A stretch of 64,000 nucleotides of DNA from Candidatus Saccharimonadia bacterium (lineage in GTDB: Bacteria; Patescibacteriota; Saccharimonadia; Saccharimonadales; 2-12-FULL-41-12): NCBI GenBank assembly GCA_963717365.1, contig OY970327.1, positions 523,599-587,598 of the forward strand, in the 5' to 3' direction. The stretch's first letter is position 1; every line of letters starts with the position of its first letter. A program made the position numbers and the translations under genes. Of the stretch, positions 26,964-36,112 are shown in pieces. The notes beneath the pieces are model-generated. The model worked only from the letters and a program-made list of their open reading frames with translations, searched no databases and had not been told where the DNA came from.

Positions 26964-29255
26964 ATGTCTAAAAATCTCGTAATTGTAGAAAGTCCGGCTA
27001 AAGCTAAGACGATTGAGAAATTTCTCGGGAAAGATTTTACCGTTAAAAGCAGCTTTGGCCACATTCGTGATCTCCCAAAAAAGGGCATCGCAATTGATAA
27101 AGAAAACAATTTCGAACCTACCTATGAAATTGCTGCTGATAAAAAAAAGGTAGTCAGTGAACTCAAGAAAGCGGCTAAAGCAGCCGATCAAGTCTGGTTA
27201 GCGAGTGATGAAGACCGTGAAGGGGAAGCTATCGCCTGGCATTTATGTCATGCGCTTGGTCTTAAGCCCGAGACCACAAAGCGTATTGTTTTTCATGAGA
27301 TTACTAAAACCGCTATTGACGCCGCAATAAAATCTCCGCGCACTGTTGATATTAATTTAGTTGACGCCCAGCAGGCCCGTCGTGTGCTTGATCGGCTTGT
27401 GGGCTACGAACTCAGTCCTGTCCTTTGGAAAAAAGTACAGACTGGCCTAAGTGCAGGCCGGGTGCAGTCAGTAGCCGTACGTCTCATAGTCGAACGAGAA
27501 CGCGAGATAACCAGTTTTACACCAAATTCGCATTTTAAAATCAGCGCGCACTTTCTAGTTGATGGTCAAGAACTTAAAGCCGACCTGCCAAAGTCGTTAC
27601 CGGACGAAAAAGCTGCCCTTGAATTTTTAAATGGAGTTATAGGTAGTAAGTACGAAGTAGAATCGTTGAGCACCAAGCCTGGTACACGTAATCCTAGCCC
27701 GCCGTTTATCACCAGTAGTTTGCAACAAGAAGCTGCGTCCAAACTTGGGTATAGTGTCAAACAGACGATGACACTAGCCCAACGTCTCTATGAGAGCGGA
27801 TATATAACTTATATGCGTACTGATAGCTTAAGCTTGTCACAGAGCTCTTTAAATGCCATGCAGGCGTTTATTACTAAGGAGTATGGTAGCAAGTACCATA
27901 CACTGCGAACTTATAAGACCAAAAGCGCCAGTGCGCAGGAAGCACATGAGGCCATCCGACCTACAGATGTCGGTAGAACTAGCCTGGGCAATGACGAACA
28001 GCAAAAAAAATTGTACGGCCTAATTTGGCGCCGGGCAGTGGCCAGCCAGATGGCGAGCGCCCAACTGGAGCGCAGCGAAATTACCGTAGCAATCAGTGGT
28101 CGTAAAGAAAAACTAGTGGCCAAAGGAGAGATCTTATCCTTTGATGGTTTCCTTAAAGTTTATGGCGGCGGTAAAGATGACACTATTCTGCCGAAAGTCA
28201 GCCAAGGTGACAAGCTTGAGTTAGACCATATCCATGCGCTCGAATCGTTTGATCGTCCACCAGCTCGTTACTCTGAAGCGTCTTTGGTACGTAAACTCGA
28301 AGAACTCGGTATCGGCCGCCCAAGTACTTATGCACCAACTATTTCAACAATTCAGACTCGCAACTACGTTGAAAAGCGTGATTCAGACGGCTTAGAGCGC
28401 AAACTACGCAATATCCGTCTTAAAAACGATACTATAGAACAAGAGATCACCACCGAGATAACAGGGGTAGAACGAAACAAACTCATTCCAACTCATCTTG
28501 CCGATATGGCAACTGACTTTCTTACCAAGCACTTCGCTCCAATCGTTGATTACGCATTTACTGCTCGTGCCGAGGAAGATTTTGATAAAATTGCCGAAGG
28601 CAAGTACCAGTGGCAAGACAAAATAAGTGATTTTTATAAGGACTTTCAGCCGCTAATAGAAAAGTCAGCCGATGTCAGCCGTGTGGAGACTTCTCAGGCC
28701 CGCGAACTAGGAATTGATCCCAAGTCCGGTAAAACGGTGGTAGCCCGCTATGGTCGTTTTGGCCCAATGCTTCAAAAAGGTGAGACAGAGGGTGATGATA
28801 AGCCGATTTTCGCGCCGCTTCCAGAAGGAACTACGCTGATGACAGTAACATTTGAACAGGCAATGGAAATGTTTAAGTTGCCGCGCACCGTCGGTACTAC
28901 TAAGGATGGTGAAGAAATAAAAGCCAATCTCGGCCGTTTTGGTCCCTATATACAGATCGGTAAGCTATATGTATCAATTAAGCCCCTTGACCCCCTTGCA
29001 ATCACCGAAGCAGAAGCCCTAGCCCTCTACTCGGAAAAACTAGTCAAAGAAAAAGACAAGTATATAAAGCAGTTCAAGAGCGGTATTAATATCGTCAATG
29101 GCCCCTACGGCCCGTATATCACCGATGGTAAAAAGAACGCTCGTATTCCTAAGTCAACCGACCCAGCTACCATTACCGAAGCTGATGCTAAGGATATGCT
29201 AGAAAAAGCACCGGCACGTAAAAAACGCCCGTTTAAGCGCAAAGCCAAGTCATAA
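26964..29255 (+). CDS. topA: DNA topoisomerase I
   Basis: A Toprim N-terminus (LVIVESPAKAKTIEKFLG), the catalytic-Tyr region GYITYMRTDS, and a basic C-terminal tail. Confidence 0.95.
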   Translation: MSKNLVIVESPAKAKTIEKFLGKDFTVKSSFGHIRDLPKKGIAIDKENNFEPTYEIAADKKKVVSELKKAAKAADQVWLASDEDREGEAIAWHLCHALGLKPETTKRIVFHEITKTAIDAAIKSPRTVDINLVDAQQARRVLDRLVGYELSPVLWKKVQTGLSAGRVQSVAVRLIVEREREITSFTPNSHFKISAHFLVDGQELKADLPKSLPDEKAALEFLNGVIGSKYEVESLSTKPGTRNPSPPFITSSLQQEAASKLGYSVKQTMTLAQRLYESGYITYMRTDSLSLSQSSLNAMQAFITKEYGSKYHTLRTYKTKSASAQEAHEAIRPTDVGRTSLGNDEQQKKLYGLIWRRAVASQMASAQLERSEITVAISGRKEKLVAKGEILSFDGFLKVYGGGKDDTILPKVSQGDKLELDHIHALESFDRPPARYSEASLVRKLEELGIGRPSTYAPTISTIQTRNYVEKRDSDGLERKLRNIRLKNDTIEQEITTEITGVERNKLIPTHLADMATDFLTKHFAPIVDYAFTARAEEDFDKIAEGKYQWQDKISDFYKDFQPLIEKSADVSRVETSQARELGIDPKSGKTVVARYGRFGPMLQKGETEGDDKPIFAPLPEGTTLMTVTFEQAMEMFKLPRTVGTTKDGEEIKANLGRFGPYIQIGKLYVSIKPLDPLAITEAEALALYSEKLVKEKDKYIKQFKSGINIVNGPYGPYITDGKKNARIPKSTDPATITEADAKDMLEKAPARKKRPFKRKAKS

Positions 29256-29404
29256 AATAAATTATGCTAATGCATATATTGGTATTGAATTTTATTTAGT
29301 GGTACAATTAGTTCACAAATAGATGATAATCTGTTGTCGTACTGCATATGTGGAGGGTTTTTATGAAAAACAGCATATATGTAAACATTAATAAAAGCAC
29401 ATAG

Positions 29405-29433
29405 TTGACTTAAAAAAATTAAAGTGATATAAT
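29405..29433 (+). promoter_or_regulatory. consensus-like promoter TTGACT-17-TATAAT (with TG extension)
   Basis: TTGACT at 29405-29410 and TATAAT at 29428-29433, preceded by TGA. The AAGGAG SD at 29475-29480 lies before the ATG at 29492. Confidence 0.6.
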
Positions 29434-29491
29434 TATCGTTAAGCTTACATAATAATCGATATTTAACAGATCACAAGGAGCGTGAAGTATT

Positions 29492-30517
29492 ATGACCCAG
29501 CAACACATCGAAGAACTTGTTAACAATATTCTCGCTACTATAGAACGTGAGCGGGAACGGGAAATTGTTTCACGCCGTTATGGTTTGTTTGATCGAAAAG
29601 AGACTCTAGAACAGATAGGGGAGTTACTTGGCATAACCCGAGAGCGTGTCCGACAGTTAGAAAAATCTGTTATGTCACGTCTTCGCAGCAACGCCGAAGC
29701 AGGGGACTTACCTGGTTTATTTGAATTCGAACAGCAATTAATTACTAAACTAAAAGATTTAGGCAATATTGCTCGAGTGTCTACGCTTAGTAACGATTTA
29801 ACAGGGAATACTAGTACTAAAATTGAACAATCCCGCTTGGCTTTTATTGCCGAAATGTGCCCGCAGCTAGCGGTTGTATCAGATAACGATCACTTTTATC
29901 AGGCGATTGCCATTGCTGACGTCCATGATGAGAAGAAAATTCACAAGCACGTTACCGGTATTATTGATGCGATTAAGAAGATAGGGGAACCTACTACTAT
30001 CGATGAGGTTAGTAAAAAGATCAGCCACGACGATCCTAATCACGTCCACGCCCTTTCTACCACCTCCAAGCACCTCGCTACCCTTAACGGCAAATGGGGC
30101 CTAATTAAGTGGCCAACCGTTAATCCCAAGAATATTCGCGACAAAATTTACGTTATTCTTCAGCAGCACGGCAAGCACATGCACTTTAACGAAATCGCCG
30201 GCGCTATCAAGGAATCTGATTTTAAGCGCAAAGACGTTACTACCCAGGCTATTCACAACGAACTTATTAAAGACAAGCGTTTCGTTCTTATTGGACGAGG
30301 CATCTATGCCCTTAAAGAATGGGGCTACAAAAAAGGTACCGTCGCTGATATCATCACCCAGGTTCTGGCCGAAGCCGATGAACCGTTACACCGCGATGAA
30401 ATTGTCAAACGTGTCCTTAAGAGCCGCTACGTCAAGGAAACGACTATTCTACTCAACTTGCAAGGCAAAGACCAGTTCCAGCGGGTTGCTAAAGCTACTT
30501 ATTCGTTAGCTAAGTAG
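29492..30517 (+). CDS. sigma-70 region-4-like HTH fused to three HARE-HTH-like repeats
   Basis: The N-terminus EIVSRRYGLFDRKETLEQIGELLGITRERVRQLEKSVMSRLR is region 4. The downstream repeats end in GKWGLIKW, RFVLIGRGIYALKEW and QFQRVAKATYSL. No region 2 is present. Confidence 0.6.
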   Translation: MTQQHIEELVNNILATIEREREREIVSRRYGLFDRKETLEQIGELLGITRERVRQLEKSVMSRLRSNAEAGDLPGLFEFEQQLITKLKDLGNIARVSTLSNDLTGNTSTKIEQSRLAFIAEMCPQLAVVSDNDHFYQAIAIADVHDEKKIHKHVTGIIDAIKKIGEPTTIDEVSKKISHDDPNHVHALSTTSKHLATLNGKWGLIKWPTVNPKNIRDKIYVILQQHGKHMHFNEIAGAIKESDFKRKDVTTQAIHNELIKDKRFVLIGRGIYALKEWGYKKGTVADIITQVLAEADEPLHRDEIVKRVLKSRYVKETTILLNLQGKDQFQRVAKATYSLAK

Positions 30518-30525
30518 GGAATCTG

Positions 30526-30867
30526 ATGACTCCTACGCCAGAGCAGAAGCCCTCTATCGACAACGATCAAGAGGAGCATCGCGAGAAACAATCTATTGAA
30601 AACAGTGGTGATTATCAGACACCTGCGCTGGGCGAGCCCGCCGAGCGTATACCCAGACTTGATACAATTAAAAGAAGCAGTGTTGTTCCGCGACTAATAA
30701 ATTTGCTTCAGGCTGGAAATATTAGTTTCCTTACCCATCTTATTACCTCTGGATATCCAGAGGTAGGAACAGCTCCCCGCGTTGCTATAGGAACAGCTGC
30801 TGGAGCTTATGTGTTTCATTTGTTAGAGAAACGCGACCAAAGAAGAAATGCAAACTTCCAATCTTAA
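30526..30867 (+). CDS. hypothetical protein
   Basis: 113-aa ORF starting 8 nt after the previous stop. No recognisable motif. Confidence 0.4.
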   Translation: MTPTPEQKPSIDNDQEEHREKQSIENSGDYQTPALGEPAERIPRLDTIKRSSVVPRLINLLQAGNISFLTHLITSGYPEVGTAPRVAIGTAAGAYVFHLLEKRDQRRNANFQS

Positions 30868-31040
30868 CTTTCACATATAAGATTCGTTAGTGATTGTGAA
30901 CATTTTACGAACAAAGTAATATTGCGTAAAAACTTATAGTTTTAGTAAATAGGTAATATATAATTTATATTTTTTAATTATTATGTAGCTGCGATGGGCG
31001 GGGAATAGAAATTTAAAAATTAATAAACAGCTGGTCATAT

Positions 31041-31079
31041 AAAAAAACAGAACGACTGACGGCAGAGAACCGGCAGTCG
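31041..31079 (-). terminator. intrinsic terminator about 470 nt downstream of ftsQ
   Basis: Minus-sense CGACUGCCGG-UUCUCUG-CCGUCAGUCG (one mismatch), then UUCUGUUUUUUU. Confidence 0.6.
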
Positions 31080-31406
31080 CGTGCATTGAGTGCTATAGAC
31101 TCAATGTCGCACAATGTATATTTTGCGACATTAATATAGTGGTTGTGAATGACTATTGATACCTCTTCTACAGGGGACTGCTCTGGTCAATGTTCAGAAA
31201 TGCGCATAAAAACCCTATTTAACTGTTGTCAGATTCATACATGCTTATGCTTCTAGCTTGGATTGCTGTCCAAATACCTTACAACGTATAGTAATTCGTA
31301 CATTAAATAGTTTTCCACAGCAGCATATTTGCATTTTCACGACTTTTCACGCACAGTAAGTTTTTTACTACATCCCCTGTCCTCTTCCCGTTTAATATAA
31401 TTTTAT

Positions 31407-31435
31407 TTGACTTTTGCCTATTTTGCTATTAAAAT
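31407..31435 (+). promoter_or_regulatory. promoter-like TTGACT-17-TAAAAT pointing antisense into the ftsQ 3' end
   Basis: TTGACT at 31407-31412 and TAAAAT at 31430-31435. The region is AT-rich, so a chance match is possible. Confidence 0.3.
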
Positions 31436-31547
31436 ATGTTTTTTGCATAGATAAGTATACTAATCAATTATGAACAAAATACGAACAACAAGGGGAGAAT
31501 AGTAGCAGGGATCACTTTAATCTTAAGACGTTAGTATTTACTGGTAG

Positions 31548-32462
31548 CTATTTGATATATGCCCGTTCGGCTATCCTGACATCAATATACTCAGCTGGCT
31601 TTGTATTTGTCTTATCAAGATATTCTTTAGTGGCGAAGAATGTTCCAAAACTTTTACGAGCATCCTCGTTCAAACTATATTTAACTGTATATGGAACTGT
31701 GTTGTAACGTACATTCAGCTCCCCTCCCCCCGCAGTCATTGTAGTCGATTCTATTACAAGCTGTTTAGATTCGGACTGTCGCTTAACTTCGGCAATAAAG
31801 CTGACTTGATTTGTCGTGAGGGCAGGCTTGCCAATGCTGATAAGTGTATTGGATCTATCAGATACCGCAATCAATGAATCGACTGCTACATTTGTGCGTT
31901 CATTACGTGCATTAAATAAAACTACACCTCTGTTATCTAAGACGAAAGAATCACTATTATCACCCCGCAACACTAGTTCGGGACGAGCCATAGTAAATGT
32001 AACGACTGCTTTTGGCGAAAATAGTGGCGTTGATACGTCTACTGACACAAGTTCTGGGAATTGTGCCTGTAATTCATTGGTTATTTTCTGACGATTTATT
32101 GTAAGTTTTGAGTGGCTTAACAGATTATCCGTAAGTTGTTTAGTTACCGAAGTATATGTCTCTGTGCTACGTATAGATTTCTGGCTGCCAGAAACACGGA
32201 TCTGGGGCTGTGTAGTTAGCAGCGAGAAGTAGCCTGCTCCTAATACACTAACTGCTAAGCCGGTGATGAATACCGGACGACTCAACCAATGATGAACGAT
32301 TGTCTTTTTACTGCCTGTGGTTTCTGAATCTTTATGGTCATTTCGAGCTCCCGAACGCTCAGTTTGCGAACGATTGGAACTGTAATGAAAGGCTGGTTGT
32401 TTTTGCCGAACAATAAGCGGCGTCCGCTGGGTGGGTGCAGTCTTTTTTCGTTTTCCTATCAT
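31548..32462 (-). CDS. ftsQ: cell division protein FtsQ/DivIB-like
   Basis: Position after murG, a single TM helix (VFITGLAVSVLGAGYFSLL), and a POTRA-like segment. Confidence 0.6.
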   Translation of the reverse strand: MIGKRKKTAPTQRTPLIVRQKQPAFHYSSNRSQTERSGARNDHKDSETTGSKKTIVHHWLSRPVFITGLAVSVLGAGYFSLLTTQPQIRVSGSQKSIRSTETYTSVTKQLTDNLLSHSKLTINRQKITNELQAQFPELVSVDVSTPLFSPKAVVTFTMARPELVLRGDNSDSFVLDNRGVVLFNARNERTNVAVDSLIAVSDRSNTLISIGKPALTTNQVSFIAEVKRQSESKQLVIESTTMTAGGGELNVRYNTVPYTVKYSLNEDARKSFGTFFATKEYLDKTNTKPAEYIDVRIAERAYIK

Positions 32463-33613
32463 TTTGCTATCTCGCTCAGTAGATTAGCCAGAGATGTAGC
32501 TGGTGGTTTTGCTGGTACCATAGCGTGAAGATTTTTCGATAATTGCAGCTGTTTTTCATGATTGTTTAATAAATCATAAGTAATCTTATAGAGGACATCT
32601 TTATTTTTATGTATTAAGTTCTCTTGCACCACAAGCGCTGCTTCAGCGTCAATGTAAACCTGAGCATTTTTAAGCTGATGCCCACCAGTAAGCAATGGGT
32701 TTGGCACAATAATCAACGCCTTAGCTTGGACGGCAAATTCGGCAATAAATGAAGCGCCCGCTCTGGCAATAACAACGTCAGCAATAGCGCTCATGTGGAA
32801 TAGTTCCTGCGAAAAGTCAAAGAAAGTTACCCGAGAGACCAGTGTTTCAGGGAAATTTTTTATCTGGTCCTCATTTCCTGCGCCAATCTGATGTAGAACA
32901 TAAAGATTTGGCTGATCACCCAATAGTCGAGGTAGCATTGCAATAAACGCTTCGTTAAGTCGCCGTGCCCCGTTACTGCCACCGGTGACTAATAGTACCT
33001 TGTCTTTAGTACCGATACCGTACTTTTGCCGTAAAATGGCTTGTTCAGCCTGAGAATAAGCCTTATAGCGATTATCTGTCGGTACCCCCACCACTCGAAT
33101 AGATTCTGGTGGATAATGGTAGTATGATGCCGGCATAGCCGTTGCATGATACGTTGCCCAACGAGCAGCAATCCGATTTGATAATCCGGGTAAAGCATCT
33201 GAGTCATGCGTAATATACGGAATACGGTTCAAATGTGCTGCTAGAGCAAGTGGCGGGCAGACAAAGCCGCCCTTAAGCAGCAAAGCATCTGGTTTGAGTC
33301 GCTTGAGTAGCCAGTAGCTTTGAAACAGGCCAACCGCCAGCCGGAACATGTCTCTGATATTTAAGAGGTTCGTCTTAACGTCAAACAGTTTTGTGATAAT
33401 TGATTCACCGTGGTAACGGCGCAACTTACCGGCGGCAATAAAGTGATGTTCATCAAACAAATTGCTTTCAGTCGCAATAGTAGCAAACTTACCGTTTCGT
33501 TCACCAATATAGATTAGGTGGCAGCGCGGATGCTGTTTACGCAGTTCAAGCGCGACGGCTAGAAGCGGCGTAATATGGCCGCCCGACCCGCCGCCGCATA
33601 GGACGATTGTCAT
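32459..33613 (-). CDS. murG: undecaprenyldiphospho-muramoylpentapeptide beta-N-acetylglucosaminyltransferase
   Basis: CGGGSGGHITPLLAV motif. GAAGGAG lies 7 nt before the ATG at 33613. The ORF is open to 33631. Confidence 0.9.
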   Translation of the reverse strand: MTIVLCGGGSGGHITPLLAVALELRKQHPRCHLIYIGERNGKFATIATESNLFDEHHFIAAGKLRRYHGESIITKLFDVKTNLLNIRDMFRLAVGLFQSYWLLKRLKPDALLLKGGFVCPPLALAAHLNRIPYITHDSDALPGLSNRIAARWATYHATAMPASYYHYPPESIRVVGVPTDNRYKAYSQAEQAILRQKYGIGTKDKVLLVTGGSNGARRLNEAFIAMLPRLLGDQPNLYVLHQIGAGNEDQIKNFPETLVSRVTFFDFSQELFHMSAIADVVIARAGASFIAEFAVQAKALIIVPNPLLTGGHQLKNAQVYIDAEAALVVQENLIHKNKDVLYKITYDLLNNHEKQLQLSKNLHAMVPAKPPATSLANLLSEIAK

Positions 33614-34862
33614 ATGCAGACTCCTTCGCATTCATTTTACTACTTCGAATTGGTTCAAAACTGGTATAGCGCGAAATATGGAATACAATACCCAGACCCG
33701 CCATTACAAACAAAATACTAGTACCACCGTAACTGATGAATGGAAGCGTAATACCTTTCAAGGGCAGTAACCCAATCATGGCACCAATATTAATTATTGC
33801 CTGGGTGCTAATCCAAGCTAGTACCCCCACTACAAATAATCGCGAGAACGGATCTCTGGTACGGTCTATAATCCGTTTAAAACGCGAGAACAATAGAAGA
33901 TAGAGTCCAAGTACCAGAGCAACACCTATAAACCCGAATTTTTCGGCTAGGATTGCAAAAATTGAATCGTTGGCCGCTTCAGGCAAATAACCGTAAGCTT
34001 GAACTCCACTACCCAGCCCAAGACCGAACATCCCGCCGCTGCCCACCGCAATGAGTGCCTGGCAGGCTTGATAGCCACTCGCTTGACAATCGCTCTGTGG
34101 ATTTAAAAAGGTGGCCACGCGATCCCGTCGATACGGCGTCGAAGCGACTGCCATTGTCAGTAGCAAGCCGATAATAAGGGCGATAATACCGATTTTCTTA
34201 AGTGGTAATCCTGAGATGAAGCCAAGAACACCAATGATGGCGATCATTACACCAGTTGAGCCGAGGTCGCTTTGAATACCGGCCACGACAATGCCAATTA
34301 GCGCTATCACTACTAATAGAGGTCGAAGTGTCTTACGGGTACTTGTCACCTCCCCTTTTTGCATCCGTTCAACCAAAAACATTGCCAGCCAGATAATTAA
34401 TGTAAATTTAATCATTTCGGCGACCTGGAAAGATAGACCACCGACCTGTATCCAGCGCGTAGCACCGTTTACCTCTTCACCGGCTACCATAACCATCAGC
34501 ACTGCGGCGGCTGTCAGTCCAATTAAAATATTGCGTGCCTTTCCAAGGAAACTTACTGGGATAAAGCTAGCTAGCGTAAAGGCACCCAAGCCAAGCCCAA
34601 TCGCAATGGTCTGCTTAATAACAAAATAATTATTGTCGACTCCCTTCGTTGCTGCTAAGCCGGGGCTAATGGCGTAGACGATAATTAATCCAACTACTGA
34701 TAAAAGTAAGGCAATAATTAACAAGCTGTAATCAGGACGATGTTTGCGTGACAAATTGCCAGAATCTAAGCCGCTAGAAGATCCGTTGTTGGTTACGGGA
34801 GTAAGTCGTGTTTGTCGACCATTTCGGGTTTGTCTTTGTGTTTTCTTGAAGGGATTAAACAT
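33546..34862 (-). CDS. ftsW: FtsW/RodA/SpoVE-family peptidoglycan polymerase
   Basis: Polytopic membrane protein with a conserved LPLKGITLPFISYGGTS segment. Confidence 0.85.
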   Translation of the reverse strand: MFNPFKKTQRQTRNGRQTRLTPVTNNGSSSGLDSGNLSRKHRPDYSLLIIALLLSVVGLIIVYAISPGLAATKGVDNNYFVIKQTIAIGLGLGAFTLASFIPVSFLGKARNILIGLTAAAVLMVMVAGEEVNGATRWIQVGGLSFQVAEMIKFTLIIWLAMFLVERMQKGEVTSTRKTLRPLLVVIALIGIVVAGIQSDLGSTGVMIAIIGVLGFISGLPLKKIGIIALIIGLLLTMAVASTPYRRDRVATFLNPQSDCQASGYQACQALIAVGSGGMFGLGLGSGVQAYGYLPEAANDSIFAILAEKFGFIGVALVLGLYLLLFSRFKRIIDRTRDPFSRLFVVGVLAWISTQAIINIGAMIGLLPLKGITLPFISYGGTSILFVMAGLGIVFHISRYTSFEPIRSSKMNAKESAYDNRPMRRRVGRPYYAASSRRA

Positions 34863-35904
34863 GATAGTCGCTCAGCAAAAATATCATTATGCCCAGCACA
34901 CCACAAACCTGCCCTAAGATCCAAAAACGCATGGTTACTTTTGTCTCTGGCCATCCAGAAGCTTCAAAATGATGGTGCAAAGGAGCAATTTTAAAGATTT
35001 TCTTGCCACCCCGCAGTTTCTTAGACAGGATTTGCAAAACACTTGAACCTGCTTCTGCAACAAAGACCGCTCCAATAATTGGTAGCAATAGCACCGTATC
35101 GGTAATCATTGCCACGACCCCTAGAGCCATCCCTAGTGCATACGAACCCGAATCTCCCATAAAGAATCGAGCCGGGTAAACATTAAACCAGGTATAGCTG
35201 AGCAGTGCGCCGACCATCGTCATACAAAAGCCAGCTACTCCAAAACGCTCTTGCAAGAAAGCAATAATAGCAAAATTTCCAAAAGCAATGGCGGCTAAAC
35301 CACCAGCCAGTCCATCAAGTCCATCGGTAAAGTTAACCGCGTTTGTGGTGCTTACTACCACTAGTACAAATAACGGTACGATCAGCCAACCAATTTCTAG
35401 CGGCACGCTTAGCCCCGGTACGTAAATGCCGGTGACGTCTAGCTTGAGGTAAAAATAAATGCCAGCGATTACTGCTAGACACACTGTTAATAAAAATTTA
35501 ACTTTGGATGGTAGGCCTGCGACCCCCATACCAGTACCTCTGATATTAATAACGTCGTCAATCAAGCCAATCAAACCGGCACCAAAAAAAGCTGCCAACG
35601 GCAGCCAAGTTTCTTCACGAGCCAGATTAAAAAGCGAGGTAACCAGCAGTACAGCCACTAAAAATATGACGCCAGCCATTGTTGGGATTAGGCGGCGGTG
35701 CTTGTCAGCATGTAACTTAGCGAATACCTTAGCTTTTTCTCCGGTTACGGCGGTACTGCGCGGCTTTTTCCACCATTTTCCCCGATATGCAAGCGTCGTG
35801 TACAGTGGTGTGATCAAAATACTGGTAGCAAAACCAAGAAAAGCAAGTAAAAATAATTCGACTAATTGGCTGGCCTGAAAAGTAAGGGTAAGTGTATCGT
35901 ACAT
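34855..35904 (-). CDS. mraY: phospho-N-acetylmuramoyl-pentapeptide transferase
   Basis: NAVNFTDGLDGLA and FMGDSGSYALG motifs. Confidence 0.9.
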   Translation of the reverse strand: MYDTLTLTFQASQLVELFLLAFLGFATSILITPLYTTLAYRGKWWKKPRSTAVTGEKAKVFAKLHADKHRRLIPTMAGVIFLVAVLLVTSLFNLAREETWLPLAAFFGAGLIGLIDDVINIRGTGMGVAGLPSKVKFLLTVCLAVIAGIYFYLKLDVTGIYVPGLSVPLEIGWLIVPLFVLVVVSTTNAVNFTDGLDGLAGGLAAIAFGNFAIIAFLQERFGVAGFCMTMVGALLSYTWFNVYPARFFMGDSGSYALGMALGVVAMITDTVLLLPIIGAVFVAEAGSSVLQILSKKLRGGKKIFKIAPLHHHFEASGWPETKVTMRFWILGQVCGVLGIMIFLLSDYHV

Positions 35905-36112
35905 GTGGTCTTTGTTTTTATTATATAGCTAGATAATAGTATACCCTATATTGCCCCTGTATACCACTTTAATTCTATTCTATTAACAAGCGCTAGTATG
36001 TTTTAATTTGAAGTATTTGATCCAGGTTTTTTGTTGAGTTTGGAAGATACGATTCAACTGGTCCACTGCCAGGTATATCAATTCTCTCAACAACTGAAAC
36101 CCAGGTAACTAG

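Noticed and set aside
29363-29404. A 13-codon ORF (MKNSIYVNINKST) with a strong GGAGGG SD, upstream of the sigma-r4/HARE-HTH gene.
   Set aside because: It is too short to evaluate without conservation data. Its stop directly abuts the -35 of the downstream promoter. It may be a chance ORF in AT-rich DNA.
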